Shown: in pieces, positions 1 to 35,852 of the stretch
Layout: each line of letters opens with the position of its first letter
How positions within the stretch are numbered: position 1 is the first letter of the stretch
Source: Amoebidium appalachense
Lineage: Eukaryota; Protista; Ichthyosporea
NCBI GenBank assembly: GCA_963693365.1
Contig: CAVNZM010000005.1
Span: 2,033,842 to 2,097,841 of the forward strand
DNA: 64,000 bases
Direction of reading: 5' to 3'
Made by a program: the position numbers and the translations under genes
Notes under the pieces: generated by a model
Told to the model about the DNA's origin: nothing
The model's input: only the letters and a program-made list of their open reading frames with translations
Databases searched by the model: none

Positions 1-677
1 AAGTTCTTTGCCCAACCCATCCCAGCCCACCCCATTTGTCTCTCCTCGACCAAATGGTACATTATGGTGTGGACAGAATCAGAAAGGGGCAAGGGGAGGG
101 TAGGGGGAGGCGGGAATGTGGGGAGGGGTGAAGAGGGGGGTGTTAACAAGTGTATGCAGATTGCCAAGAGTCAAAGCTAAAAGTAGCAAGCCCTTGCGTA
201 TGTCACCCTGCAGTCACAGAAATGATGCCTATTGGCATCACTGCCCCCCCCCTCCCCCCCCCCCCCCCCCCCCCCCCCCCACCCCCCACCCCCCACCCAC
301 CCACCCACCCGCCCGCCTCCCTCCCGGCTCTACCTCCCCCAACACACCCGTGCAGACCACCCACCCATCTGCTCTTTTGTTCCAATGCCCATCCCCCTGG
401 CTGTGTTGTCCCCTGCCACATCCTAAGGCCCATTGCGCTCGACAAATGCTGGTGGTGTACATACGTTCTCCAAGCTCTTATGATATACCCCCCTTCCCCC
501 CCCCCTCTCCCGCACTCGGGCATTCCTCCTCATTCCGTAAGTCACACACAAATTCACACCACACACAAATTCACACCAAACACACACACACACACGCACA
601 CACACACATACACACACGCGCGCGCGCGCGCGCATGCGCCTGTACACACACACTCACACACCTACCTCATCATACAG

Positions 678-1640
678 GGTGTCAAAAGCTACTACCCCAA
701 CGACTGCTCGCACATAACCATGACGTACTGTGCCCTTCTGCTTCTGATCACACTGGGAGACGACCTTAGTAGGGTTAGCAGAAAGGCAATAGTGGAGTCA
801 TTGAGAGGCCTGCAGCTGGAGGATGGCAGGTATGACACTAAGATGTAAACGTTTATATCTGCCCTGCTATTGTTGGTTTGTTCCATTCTTCTTTTATTAA
901 GATCTGGCACGTACTCTTAGATACATGTCATTTGTGCTTATGATAAGATGGGCTTCACAACTCCCTTAGGCTAAATATGTCTACTAGCTGAAAAGAGTTT
1001 TGTTTTCCAATTCCCCCCCCAACCCACCCACACACAAACACCCTCTCCCCCCTTTTCCTTTTTTTTTAATGCACTTTTCCCGGATGTTTGTGCCTACATT
1101 TCATGTCATTATACATCTGCTGCTGTGTACGAGATGTGTTTCACATTGTTCATTGAGTGATGTGTTTTTTTTCTTTATCCCCCCCCCCCCCCCCCCCCCC
1201 CCCCCACCCCCCGCAGCTTCACCTCTACTGTTGTTGGTGGGGAGAGTGACCTACGGTTCCTTTACTGTGCCTGTGTCATCAGCACCCTGCTGGATGATTG
1301 GTCCGGAGTTGATCGGGAACGCGCTATCAAGTTTATCAGAGGAAGCATGGTACAGACAAATGCACCCCCCTCCCCCCCTCCCCCCCCCCCCCCCCCCCCC
1401 ACACACACACACCCATTTCTTTGCACACACACAGAACACACACGGGACGTGCACGGAGACACATGACCTCCACAAAGATGGCGGGAGGAATGGCATGTAC
1501 TTCAACACAAATATGTAAAATGGATCAGACAAACGAAGAATAGCCAGATTGCATCTAGAAGGGAGGTACATGTGAGAGGATGGGGCGTGTTTTGATCTAG
1601 ACTGGGTTTTGTGTGTGTGTGGTGGAGAGGGGGTTTTTTT

Positions 1641-1676
<36 letters not shown>

Positions 1677-1810
1677 GGCTTGTTGAATAGGTAAAGATGA
1701 AATAAGCTGGAAAGGATCACAGTAATGGAAAGCAGGTTGATGGGAAGTCGATGTGGCACAAGCCGATTGCATTGAAATGATTTTGAAGTAGGTTTGAGCA
1801 TATCAAGGCG

Positions 1811-1854
<44 letters not shown>

Positions 1855-2380
1855 TGGTTTGGGGGGGGGAGAAGGGGGAAGGGGGGAGTTAGCAGATGGT
1901 ACGAGTGGTGGTAGGGGCGGTTGTTTCAACATTCGGTTATTATGAATATCCATCACTTTCCTCGTATCATCTTTAGCTTTATCAGATGTTAACCCATGTG
2001 CTTTGGATCCACCACAGAGTTATGAATGTGCATTCGGCCAAGGTCCAAACCTCGAGGCTCATGGTACCCCCCTTCCCCCCTCCCCCTCCCCCCACCTCTC
2101 GCCCCCACCCCCCAAAAAAAGGAAGGAAAAAAGAAAGAGAAAAAAAAGAAGAAGAAACCGTTAGGTCTCTGTGTGACTTGCTCTGTGTTATGGGAGCACT
2201 CCCCTTTCTTGGCTGCGTGGTGTGCTTTGTAACTTGTGTTCTTCCTTCCCCCATGATGCGCTCTCTCGTGGTTTCCTTCCCCCATGATGCGCTCTCTCGT
2301 GGTTTGTTGATTAACTAATAGCTTCGGTGAGTCTCCGGGGCCTGCTAAGTGGGTTGGGGGAAAGGAGGGAGAGGGGGGAA

Positions 2381-2417
<37 letters not shown>

Positions 2418-2617
2418 TATATGAGAATAGTTGCTCTACCTTCGCTTCTGTGTGTGATGCCGTAGTGTTAAAGATGAAACGGGAGTTAGAAGGTGTGCCG
2501 GTCTTTTTGTTTACGGGGACCATGCAGGGGGGTCTACGTTCTGTGCCGTGGCTTCAATGGTGCTGCTTGGCGGCACAGACGGCATACTCACAAACAACCA
2601 GGCATCTCCTCCCCCCT

Positions 2618-2656
<39 letters not shown>

Positions 2657-3991
2657 ACAACCAAAAAAAAAAAAAAAAAAAAAAAAAAAAGCGATTGCCA
2701 ATATATGGGGATGCATCTTTTGAAGCACCTTTATACAAGGGACGCTATTGGACAAATGCTGACTTATTCGTAAACTTCTATCTTGGTGTAGGGCAGAGCT
2801 GTAGTAGAGCCAAGCCAATGCACACAGTGAGGCATGCACATCAACCACGAGTGCTTGGGCATGCTCACAGCCATATATGGTGACCATGACGTCACCACAG
2901 GTATCGGGGCTGCAGGGCTGGCTGATCAATAGGCAGCAGACTGGGTTCCAGGGCCGACCAGGCAAGCCCACAGATAGCTGCTACTCGTTCTGGGTCGGCG
3001 CATCCCTGGAGGTGAGATAGCCTTACTTGGCGTGTGATGCATTTGCACGATGCATTTTTATTCTTCTTTTACCCTCTCTCTTTTTCGTCTCACCCCCTCC
3101 CCCCCCCCCCCCCCCCCCCCCCCCGGGGGGAGGGTGGGAGGGGAAGGGGGGAGAAAGGGGGAGAGGGGGGGGGGGGGGGGGGGAGGGGAAGAGAGAGAGG
3201 TGGGTAGTGCTGATGAGGGAATGGGGCTTCTACTGACCGATGTTGTGATGACCAAATATGGGCATTGTCTGACCTTATATGGGCAGATGTTGGGGGTGTA
3301 CGATTGGGTGGACAAGGAGGCCAATGCTGGGTTTCTACGCACCTGCCAGTTTGCAAAGTACGGCGGCTTTGGAAAGTGGCCAGACTCATACCCGGGTATG
3401 CAGCCACCACCCCAACCCCCCCCTTACCAAAAAAAAAAAAAAAAAAAAAAAAAACACATACACACACACACAAACACACAGACACTTGTACACACACTCC
3501 CAGTGCACGTCTCTACATTAACACATATGCATGCTTGCCTAAAAGAGTAGTAGTGTTATCTACAAAGAAGCATTATACTTATGGACGTGTGTATGGGTGT
3601 GCATGTGTGTGTGTGTGCATGTAAGTGTGTGTGTGGGTGAGTGTGTTGGGTGGGGTTGGTGGGGGAGGGGGAGGGGAGGAGAGGGGGGCAAGGGGGGGTT
3701 ACACAGATGCCTTCTGGAAAGTGCGGAAGAGGTGGCTTACCGTGGATAACTCTTCAGGCGTACCGGTCAATACCACATGTTTGTGTTTGTGGTTGGTTGT
3801 GGGCATCTCTGTGCGATACAAACAAATAGCAGGCCACTTACACACCTAACCCCACAGATGTCCTTCACGCCTACTTCTCCGTGTGTGGATTTTCACTGAT
3901 GGGATATGAGGGGCTGAAAAAGCTTAACTGCCCCCTCAATATCTCTGAGAAGGCATATTTGGATTACCGGAGAAGACAGGGCACTGCCTAA
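678..3991 (+). CDS. PGGT1B: Geranylgeranyltransferase type I beta subunit, 5'-incomplete (visible exons 678-829, 1217-1349, 2018-2063, 2528-2601, 2901-3011, 3287-3395, 3858-3991)
   Basis: The spliced exons read HITMTYCALLLLITLGDDLSRV, GESDLRFLYCAC, AFGQGPNLEAHGGSTFCAVAS, RQQTGFQGRPGKPTDSCYSFWVGASL, GGFGKWPDSYPDVLHAY, which are prenyltransferase repeat motifs typical of GGTase-I beta/Cdc43. Phases are compatible across all junctions and the stop TAA is at 3989-3991. Upstream exons were not resolved. Confidence 0.9.
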
Positions 3992-5099
3992 TGTGGCAAT
4001 AGAAGTATGCGTGCAGGTTGAATTCTAAAATAGTATCTCACCCCTTTTTTTATTTGATACGGCCTGCTGTTAGGCCTCTCTAAATTTAACTAATGTTAGT
4101 CTACTCATGATGCGAACCATGTGCATGTGGTGATTTCTGAACACACCTCCATTTGCACAGACAAATACGAACTCTTATCTGTGTGCAGTTGCACATGGCT
4201 TACACATACACCGACCCTTCGTTTAGTTCTTCAATTCCCCCTTAGCCATTTAATTTTCGCACTTCCTTTTTCCCCTCTGCAGTTGTTGTTTTGGGTATCG
4301 CAACTGTACGGCTATTGTATAATCATCCTGCAAACTATTCCCACACATTTCATAGCAGTAAAACCACACCCACTTACATACCCACATACTGTTCCCGTTA
4401 TAAACGAATGTTCACCTCTCTCTTGTCGCGGCATATGAACACGAAGTGAAATGGAACGTGACTTACAGCTGAACCTAAACAGGGATTCACGCATATGTAT
4501 TATCGATTTTGTACTGTGACTAGTTAAATTTAAATTGCTGGAGCAATTTTTTCTTTCCATTTTTTTCCTTCCTTTTTTTTTTTTTTTTTTTTTTCCCCCT
4601 GTTTCTCGCCTCATCTTGGCGCCCGTTAACAATGCGAATGATGGCCGAAACATTCATTATGCCATGTGTTTCAATAAATGAGTAAGGAAAAATGGAGGTG
4701 TAACCTGCCCTCATACAGTATCTTTCGTGTAATGTGTGGCACAATATTATTAATGATAAAGTTCCATGCCAGTTCATTTACATCTGCATAGCTTCATCCA
4801 TTCTCCCCCCCGTCCTCCTCCTCCCTCCCTCCCCCCCCCCCCCCCCCCCCCATCCCCCACACCCACACCCAATAACGACCCTCCGACTTATTGCTGAGGC
4901 CGCCAGTTGCCCTGACTTAGATCTTGCCAACCACGTGGCCATTCACACATGGGCAAATTGCTCACACATTCAAACACACACACACTCGGGGACACGAACA
5001 GGAACGTGTTAAGCACTGCAGTTACATGCGTAGGATCAAAGTTGTTCGGATGCACATACATTTTGCCCTTCCCCCGCTCCCAACCCCCCTCCCCAACAC

Positions 5100-5132
<33 letters not shown>

Positions 5133-5590
5133 AACACACACGCTACCAGCACCGCCGCCACCCTCACCCCCACCCCTCCGTAACACAATCCATATGCATG
5201 CACACGAAGCTCGGATAGGTAACATGCCCTCCGACCCCACCTCCCTCTGTCGGGGCCCGCATTGATTTAAGATAATAAAATAATAATCCTTGAAGCGCCT
5301 TCCCCACACTAAAATGGCATTCGGGTAGAATAAAATAAAAGATGATAAGGAGAAAAAAGGCCCTGGCAAACATCGACACAGCCACCATGCAGGCATCACC
5401 ACCAACGTTAACAACCCCACCTTCCCTTCTTCCTCTCTCAACGAAATAAATTAAGTCCCCCCTGCATCTTCCAACACCCCCCCTCCCCCCCCCCCCCCTC
5501 CCCTTCCCCCCGAAAAAAAAAAAGAGTGAGAGAAGAGGGAGAGAGAGAAGAGAGAGGAGAGACAGACAGACAGACAGACAGACACACACA

Positions 5591-5671
<81 letters not shown>

Positions 5672-6381
5672 TCGAAAGCCAAAGAAAAGGCGCACCCCCT
5701 CCCCCCTTCCCCCTCCTCCCCTCCCTCCCCCTCCCCCCCCCCCCCCTGTGCCCCATGTACTGGGCCCCAACTTCTTGATGCACCTCAGTACCCTCCCCCC
5801 CCCCCCCCCCCCCCCGCACCCACCCCACCCCCCCTCCTCCCCCCCATCGCCCGCCACCCCCCCCCCCCCCCCCCTCCCACTGCACCCTCCGTCCCTTCTC
5901 CCCGAGGGGCCTGTGCAATGCTGAAAGAGTCTTAACAAACATGCATCAAGGCTGCAACGAACACACACAGGGATATCGGATTACAGCACCCATCCACACA
6001 TTTTTACGAGTCTCACAAAACATGCGCTAGAAGGGACTACTTTTTCGTTTTTCTAGCATACGTTTCGATATATTTTATGACCCCACTGAGGCCAGCAGAG
6101 TTTACATGCGAACGGAGCTATGGCGAATTCACAATGTAATTACTCCTTTTCATATACATACAGCATACAATGCTATTAATAAATTATTCTCACATTGCCG
6201 TACAAGATATAACATCGAAGCATCCGTCGTCGGCATCACAATGGGATATGGCACGAATGGGCCATTGATACCCCAGCGACAGGCCCTCAGCAATTCAAGT
6301 AGAGAGAATATTTACACATGCCGATTTTTTTATACACTAAAAGCAGCACGTGCTGGCTATCCACTTTTTTATTCCCTAATT

Positions 6382-6424
<43 letters not shown>

Positions 6425-6497
6425 TTTGTGTGGGGGCTCCCCCACCCCTCCACGCCCAGATCTCTGCAAACATGCCGTGTCCTGAAGAAGTGCCCAT

Positions 6498-6664
6498 TTA
6501 TCCCGCCTTGGTGTATACACCTTCCGCACCGCACTCCTTCATGCATGATGTGACGTCATGATGGGTGTGCGCTTTCAAGACTAGCTGCACTGGCTTGCGC
6601 GGTCCAAGGGGCAGAGAGTGGTAGGGCACAGGACTGGCCGGATCTGCCAAGTGGAAGTCAAATG

Positions 6665-6756
<92 letters not shown>

Positions 6757-6976
6757 GGGGGGTTGCAAAAGGGGGGAGGGGGGGGGGGGGGGTTAGACAA
6801 TATAGCTTAGCCCAATCGATTGTACTTTCTTCAGCAATCCCTGCGTCGCAGACAAGGAAAGTGTCCGAGTTCGTGAGACCCCACTACAAGCTTTATAAAT
6901 CTCTCCTATGTCCCCTAAGCAGCCTGACTCCCTGGAGTGAGAGAAAGGGTGTGTCTGTCTGCCTGTCTGTCTGTTC

Positions 6977-7013
<37 letters not shown>

Positions 7014-8839
7014 GTGTGTATATGTCCGTATGACGGTGTGTGTTCATGTGTGTGTGTGTCCGTGTCACGGTGTGTGTTTGTAAGGGGGAATAAAACGTTG
7101 TTGTTTAAGGGGGAGGGGGAGGGGGTTGGGGGCGGGGGGGTTGGCTATGACTCACCATGACCAGCCTAGCCAGGACCAGCTTGACCTCGCCCAGTGCCAG
7201 TCTGTAGCCCAGACACATCTTGGGCCCACAGCCAAACGGCAGAAACGCCTCCTCCCTCTTGCTGTCTGCCTCCTGTGGCCCCATAAAATTCGGGTTATAC
7301 ACCTTGCCCTGCACATCCCCCCCTTCCCCCCTCCCCCCCCCCTCCCCCCCCCCCCCTCCCCCCCCCTCCCCCCCCCCTCCCTCCCCCCTCCCCCTTCCCC
7401 CCCAACTCCCAGCCCCCCTCACCAGACCTACTAAGCCCCACAACACACACACCCGGTTCAAAACCACCCTGTTTATATGTATACCCCCCTCCCCACAACA
7501 CCCACAACATCACAATTCCGAAAGAAAGCCCCTTGCAAACTTGCAAAGAAAACTCCCCTCGAAGCCTCACTCCAATCCCCCCCCCCCAGTTGCTACAAGC
7601 CCATTTGCATCCACACAGCTACAAAGTGGCGTTGATTCGCATCACAGATTCATAAGTCCATGCACGAGTACCAAAAGGGGATCGGGGGTAGGGAAGGTGG
7701 GGTTACCAGCCAGCGGGTCGGGTCGAAGGTGTCCGGGTCGGCATAGTGGGCCGGGCTTCGGTGCACGGCATGCACATTGACCATCAGTCGGGTGCCAGAG
7801 CTCACCTTGTAGCCGCCAACAGAGCAGTCGGTGCTGATGTCACGGCCCCTGAGGTTTAGCGTTATGTCAGTTATGGTAGGTGGATGCAAGGAAGCACAAG
7901 GAGCACATGTAGCGTACATGTGTTTGTGTGAGGGTGTGTGCGTGTGTAAGTGCGTGTGTGTGTTACGCGTAGAGGGGGTGCCTGTGTTTGTACTTCTGTG
8001 TGCCGATGTGTCCGGACGTCGTGTCTGTATAGTTTGTGTTCTGTTGTGTGTGTGGTGTGTGTGTGTGGGCGCGATGATTATGTTTATGTGTCCAGCCATT
8101 ATGTGTATATGTGCACTCGTGTGCCTGTGGGTGTGTGCTTGCGTAAGCACGTGCACCTACACCTACATGATAGCAATGGGTGGATACATCCTCAGGGTCT
8201 CCTTGACTACCCCCTCAAGCAGCTGCATCTCCTGTAACTGTTCGTACGTGGGGGGTGCCCCATTGGTAGTTGCAGAGGCAACCTCCTCCTGGTTGGGTGA
8301 AAAGAGCATGATAAGCGGCCAATAGTATACTAGGGTTAGAGCTGCACACTTGGTATAGGGGGGAGGGGGGAGGTCTAGGGGAAAATCTTGCTGTTGTAAT
8401 GTGAAGTTGGTCTGTGTGAGGACGGCAGGGGGGAACAAGGGTGTGGGAGGGCTGGGATGGCCGGGGAAGGGGGGGGGGGGGGGGGGGGGGAGGGGGGAGG
8501 GACCGGGAGAGACGGGGGGAGGTGGGAAAGAACCTTAGGCAATCGTTTTACAGTGCATTTACCGATAAGAGGCTGCAAGTTAGCACAGACAACACGTAGG
8601 CCAATTACCTTTAGGGCCAGCAGGGTGTCCCTGTGTTTGGCGAGCATGTAGATGGCCGTCATCAGGGCTGCTGACGTGGTGCTGTAGCCGGCCAGATAGA
8701 ACTGGAGTATCTCGTCCACTATCTCACTGTCACTCAGCCCACATTCGCCCGTGGCAGACTCGCTCACACGTGTCTGGAGCATGATGTCGACCTGTGTTGC
8801 GTAAAGGAGGGAAAGGAGGTTAGGTTGGGGAGAGGGTGG

Positions 8840-8870
<31 letters not shown>

Positions 8871-11154
8871 ATATAAGGGACGGTTAGGTTGGGAAGGGGG
8901 CATGTAATGTATTCAAGGGCAAACATAAAAAATCTACAAGTAGAGGATTCCCAAAAAGCGTAAACAAGAAAGTGAGACAGGTTTTTATACGCACGATGAA
9001 AAGCGAAAAAGAAAAGCCGACAGGAGCAAAGTGAACAAGCGATTTGCGAAGTTCCAACAAAGTCTATAGATGAGCCGCAGGTATGCACTTACCATATCAG
9101 GCAGGTGGTCCTTGGCCACAGGGAGGGGCATACCGCAACTATCTACTCTCTCTTTCAGTACGGCTGTGGCCATGTCTTTGGCCTTTGCAATGGCCTCCCT
9201 CCACTCCCCCTCATCCTTAAACACCTTCCAAAGGAGAGGGTAAGGAAGGGGACTCCGTCTAAGAACCCCCACTCCGAGTTTTTCGATGTATTTTTGCTGG
9301 TCAGCCGTGCTGGAACCACCCTTGTTGAGAGTCATCTGTAGTGTTCGAGGGAAGAGAGGTGGGCAAGGCGGGTGGTGGGGAGAGGACAAGATATGCCGGG
9401 AGAAACCGGGGGGGGGGGGGGGGGGGGGGGGTTGTCAGCATCTAGTATTTGTTTTCTCAAGTTAAACCACTTGCCCTTCCCTTTCCATCAAACACCCTCT
9501 CTTTCGTTGTTGCACTACCACTTGTTTCCTTTTTGACCTCCCTTACCCTTTTCGTACCCCCTCCCCCCCCCCCCCCCCCCCCCCCCCCCCACCCGCCACC
9601 CCCACCCTAACCCCCACCCCCTGCGCGCCTTCCTCCCCTCCCTCCCCACCTCAAGTTCCGCTGCAGAACCCCGAACTTACGGCCAAAACACTAAGCTCAG
9701 CAAGGAAAACGATATCTGGGGGAAGAACAAGAAACAAAAAAACCAACATACCAAGCGGTTTATCAAACAACCACAAGGCGAAAATAACCCCATGCCCATG
9801 TATAGGTACCCACCCTCGTGATCAGACGGGACGTGATATCTCTGCTGCCAGACACCAGCTCCACTCCCTCGGCACTCTCGGCCCATTGACCAATCACATC
9901 GTCCATCTCCCTGTTGAAAGGCAACGAGGGGGAAGGGGGAAGGGGGGGAGGTGGGGGAGGGGGGGGGGGGAGGGGGGAGGGGGACGAAGTTAAGCGAGGA
10001 ATCCGGAAACAGGGAACGTTTTGCCAAGTACCTCGGTATGCTCTCTGTCAATAACTCCCTTTCCGTGTGTTCCCCCAACCCCTCAACAACAATAACTGTC
10101 ACAACAAACACCTAAAACAATATGGTAGGTGTTCTTTTGCAGTCTCTGTGCATTGGAATGAAACCATGCAGAAAGTTGGAGCCCGAACAAATCCCCTTAT
10201 TCATTTCTTTCCACTTCTTGCACAGTCTTCAGACCCTTACGAGCGCTTGGGTTTGGTAAACATTGGCTGTTAATCCCAACAGCAACACCCAACGCCACAC
10301 AAAACTTTCACTCTTACCCATAAAACATGCATGTTTGTGTTCAAATTTGAACAAGAATTGCACCCTACCCGTTCATGATGTCATGAAAGTGCCTCATTTG
10401 CTTCGTCGAGAAGACGGGTGCAAGCAGTCTCCTGTGGCGCTTCCACAGGTCTCCCTCCAACACCACCATGGCGTACTCCGCCATCTCTCGGAAAACCTTT
10501 GCACCTGCCTTTGTGAGGGAATAAGTCTCGGGGTGATTGAGAATAGCTCGCGCAATTTTAGGGTCAGAAACGATGAGAATGCTGTGGTGTAGCATAGGCA
10601 CGTAGAAGATGGCACCTAGCTCTTGAACGAACAACGTGAGAATGTTCTGAAGTTGGCCCGAGAGTGCCCATGTCTGCCACTGGCGGTGAAGGCCTACAAC
10701 CTAAGTGGCATGGGGAAAATGTTAATGGTCAGTGGGAGAAAGGTGGGCGAACCCTTTTATATTTAATGCAACACAGATTCAAAGGAAAATCCCAGCGCTT
10801 TTCTCCCACTAGCTGGGCTAATTGAACAGAATATAGACAATATAAAGATTAATGGAAATATATGTGCAAGGTGCAGTTCATATCCTTACCCAGTTTTTGA
10901 CGTGTGGATGTGGGAGAATGCAACACAGATTCAAAGGAAAATCCCAGTGTTTTTCTCCCAACTAGCTGGGCTAATTGAACAGAATATAGACAATATAAAG
11001 ATCAATGGAAATATATGTGCAAGGTGCAGTTCATGCATATCCTTACCCAGTTTTTGACGGGTGGATGTGGGAGAGACGGGTCGACGGTGGGCCTGCGAAA
11101 TGCTCGCCATGCCAACAACGCCGCCACAACCAAGGCAAGAAACCCGGCCAACAT
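6498..11154 (-). CDS. Cytochrome P450, 10 exons (11154-11047, 10700-10369, 9910-9810, 9715-9681, 9335-9093, 8791-8609, 8288-8167, 7848-7707, 7308-7156, 6665-6498), ~528 aa
   Basis: N-terminal anchor MLAGFLALVVAALLAWRAFRR plus Pro hinge (PSLPHPP), C-helix WKRHRR, I-helix AGYSTTS, ETLR, FDPTRW and heme motif FGCGPKMCLG. All introns are GT-AG and exon lengths sum to 1587 nt (in frame). Confidence 0.92.
10765..11074. repeat. ~152-bp tandem duplication covering the end of P450 exon 1 and its splice donor
   Basis: ATGCAACACAGATTCAAAGGAAAATCCCAG...CCTTACCCAGTTTTTGACG..TGGATGTGGGAGA occurs twice head-to-tail (~10765-10917 and ~10917-11074). Confidence 0.9.
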
Positions 11155-12283
11155 GTTTGGCGAAGAAAACTATATGGGTTCCAAAAACTTTGTTAATTTT
11201 GGGGTTATTGAGTATTGATGCTGATGAAGAAACTTGTGAAAACCAACTTTTTATGGTTGTGGTCCATAAATTCCGGTCCAACGTACTCGCTACAGAAGGA
11301 AAAATAAAGAGCGTAGTTTATGTAACTGACGAAAAAATCTGGCAACTTCGTGCTTTTTATAGTTGGTTGGAGTTCAAGTTGTTTATAAACTGCCAATCAT
11401 CTGCTACTTGTCGAGATCTACAGCAGGGCTTGAACCATTATCAAGGTTATTGAAGGCCACGCAGCTGCATCCTTATGTTACCTACACGACGAAAAGTACA
11501 ATCGCCTTTATACTACATAGTGTCCAGCCAAAGAATTCTATCGCCATCATAATACATTTATTAACTTCCAAAGCGCTGATATCATAAACTAATATAGGCG
11601 TATTGCGCTTCCATCATTTGCCTGCTGGTGAGACCCCATCGTTAATTGATAATTTATAGACGGCTATTCGCTACTATCAAAGTTTACGGGAATTTGAATT
11701 TCTTGGCTCAGTTACTGTAGGTTCGTCGAGGTCAAATAAATCTATAGGTATATATATAATAATTTATATATATGTTTTGTAAATATACATATACGTGTGT
11801 GTCTGTGTGCTTTTGTGGGTGTATATTTTCTCGCTTCAAAGCTCTTAAATGCTATAATATGGGAGTACTGTTGACCTGGTGATCACATGTACAGCTCGAC
11901 ATCCACGTCGACGATATCCTCCCCCGGAATCGTGCTATGTTCCCAAGAGCTTTCCGAACCCTGGTCAATTCAAAAAAAAAAAAAAAAATCAAAACAAAAA
12001 AAAACAAACAATGTAAACAAGGTAAATTGTTCTGATTGGACTGCCAGTTGGAGTCAGTCTCAGATCGAATGACGTCACAACAGCATTAAGATGTGACGTC
12101 ACTGTTTGCGCAAACCCTCAAATTAGTCTGTTGTTCTATTTTTGGTATCCGTTCTGAAGAGTTTCAAAGTTTGTAAAGTTTGTTGCCAGACTGCCAGATC
12201 CAGTTATTTACTGTGTGCACCGTATATTGTATATATTATTTTTTTGTTATTTGTGGCGAGAGCTGCAACATAAGCCCGGCGTC
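11155..12283. promoter_or_regulatory. Divergent intergenic/promoter region between P450 and EMC1
   Basis: Start codons face away from each other 1.1 kb apart. The region is free of microsatellites and has two TGACGTCA (CRE-like) palindromes at 12070-12077 and 12094-12101, a GATTGG (CCAAT) near 12034 and an AT-rich tract near 11750. Confidence 0.5.
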
Positions 12284-34350
<22,067 letters not shown>

Positions 34351-35008
34351 ACATCTGCACCCCCCTCCCTCCCCCCCCCCCCCCCCCCCCTCCCCTTGTC
34401 ACAACACTTTTTTCTAACTTCAAATCATGTTGTTTGAGCGTTGCTGATTCCTGAACCACACTGTTTTTGCTTGGTTTGGTATTTAACAGTGGTGGAAAAC
34501 TAGTCCAAGCGGCAGAGGAAAAAGTATGTTTGAACCTTTTGCGCTTTGCATGTGCAAGTAAGTTTGCTCAGAATGCATGTAACCTTTCGTATGTGCATCA
34601 CCGTACACACAGAAATGGTAAAGTGATGATATGCAATACATGTTTCCACAATCAATGCATTGACAATATATTGACACCCTCGACATTTTTAGTGTGTCTG
34701 GACTCACACACCACAGACACAAATGCAAGCGCTCTCACACGCACACAAAAACACACAGCAGACACACGCATGCAAAATGCCTTTTTGTAGCTTCAAATAG
34801 TATCATGTTATACATCAAACACACAATCACATAAGGAGACACCCGTTCAAAAAAATATCTACTATTTTGCAGTCTTGTATTCTGTGCATGTACGTTAACG
34901 GTGTGCTGTTTCATGTTGACCGGTCATGCAGCCAGGTGCTGTCAAAATTAGCGTAATTAAAGCTGATAATTGGATTGTAGGATATTTAACTTATTTTCGC
35001 GCATTGTC

Positions 35009-35039
<31 letters not shown>

Positions 35040-35312
35040 ACCCACCCACCACCACCACCACCACCACAGACACACACACACACACACCTCTGGGGCCCTT
35101 TATTTTCCCTTTCGGTAAGGAAGCCTTCATCTAGATCGGAGATGTCGGGAGGGCTTCAGAGACTCCGAGAGAGATCGGGGTGGGGTGGGGGGGAGGGGGG
35201 AGGGGGGGGGGGGGGGGGGTATATGTCAGTGAGTCAGCGATTAGAGCGTGACGGTCTCAAGTGAGAAGCTTAACACTGGTGAGACTAGGAGGTGGTAGAA
35301 ATGATCGCGCGT

Positions 35313-35383
<71 letters not shown>

Positions 35384-35820
35384 TAACGTTCAGAGAGGGG
35401 GGGGAGGGGGGGGGGGGGGGGGGGGGGGGAGAGAGAAATGGGGTGGAAGGGGGGGGGGGGGGAGGGGGGAGAGGAGGGGGGGAAGGGGGGGGGCTGGCTA
35501 GGGACTCGAGGGCAAGGCCCGTCAGGTCGAGAGACAGACTCTTCAAGAGAGCGAGAGTGAGAGCGAGAGGGATATTGATAGAAATTTGATAGGATCAAAA
35601 GGGGAGGCTCGGGACTCGCTCGAAAGATAATATGAGGGGGGGAGAGAGAGAGAGCGCGCTCGAGGGCGAGAGAGAGGGATCGATCGGCAGAACTCGAGGT
35701 CGAGCTCGAGAAGAGAGTCAGCAGTGCTCTTGAGCGCTAGCTCGAGAGAGAGAGTGAGAGAGAATATATAACGAGAGACTCTGGAGGGAGGGGGGTGCAC
35801 GTACGGGGGGAGGTTCAAGG

Positions 35821-35852
<32 letters not shown>

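Noticed and set aside
2241-2305. 31-bp tandem duplication in a GGTase intron containing ATGATG
   Set aside because: A simple local duplication with no matching D box or stem to support a snoRNA.
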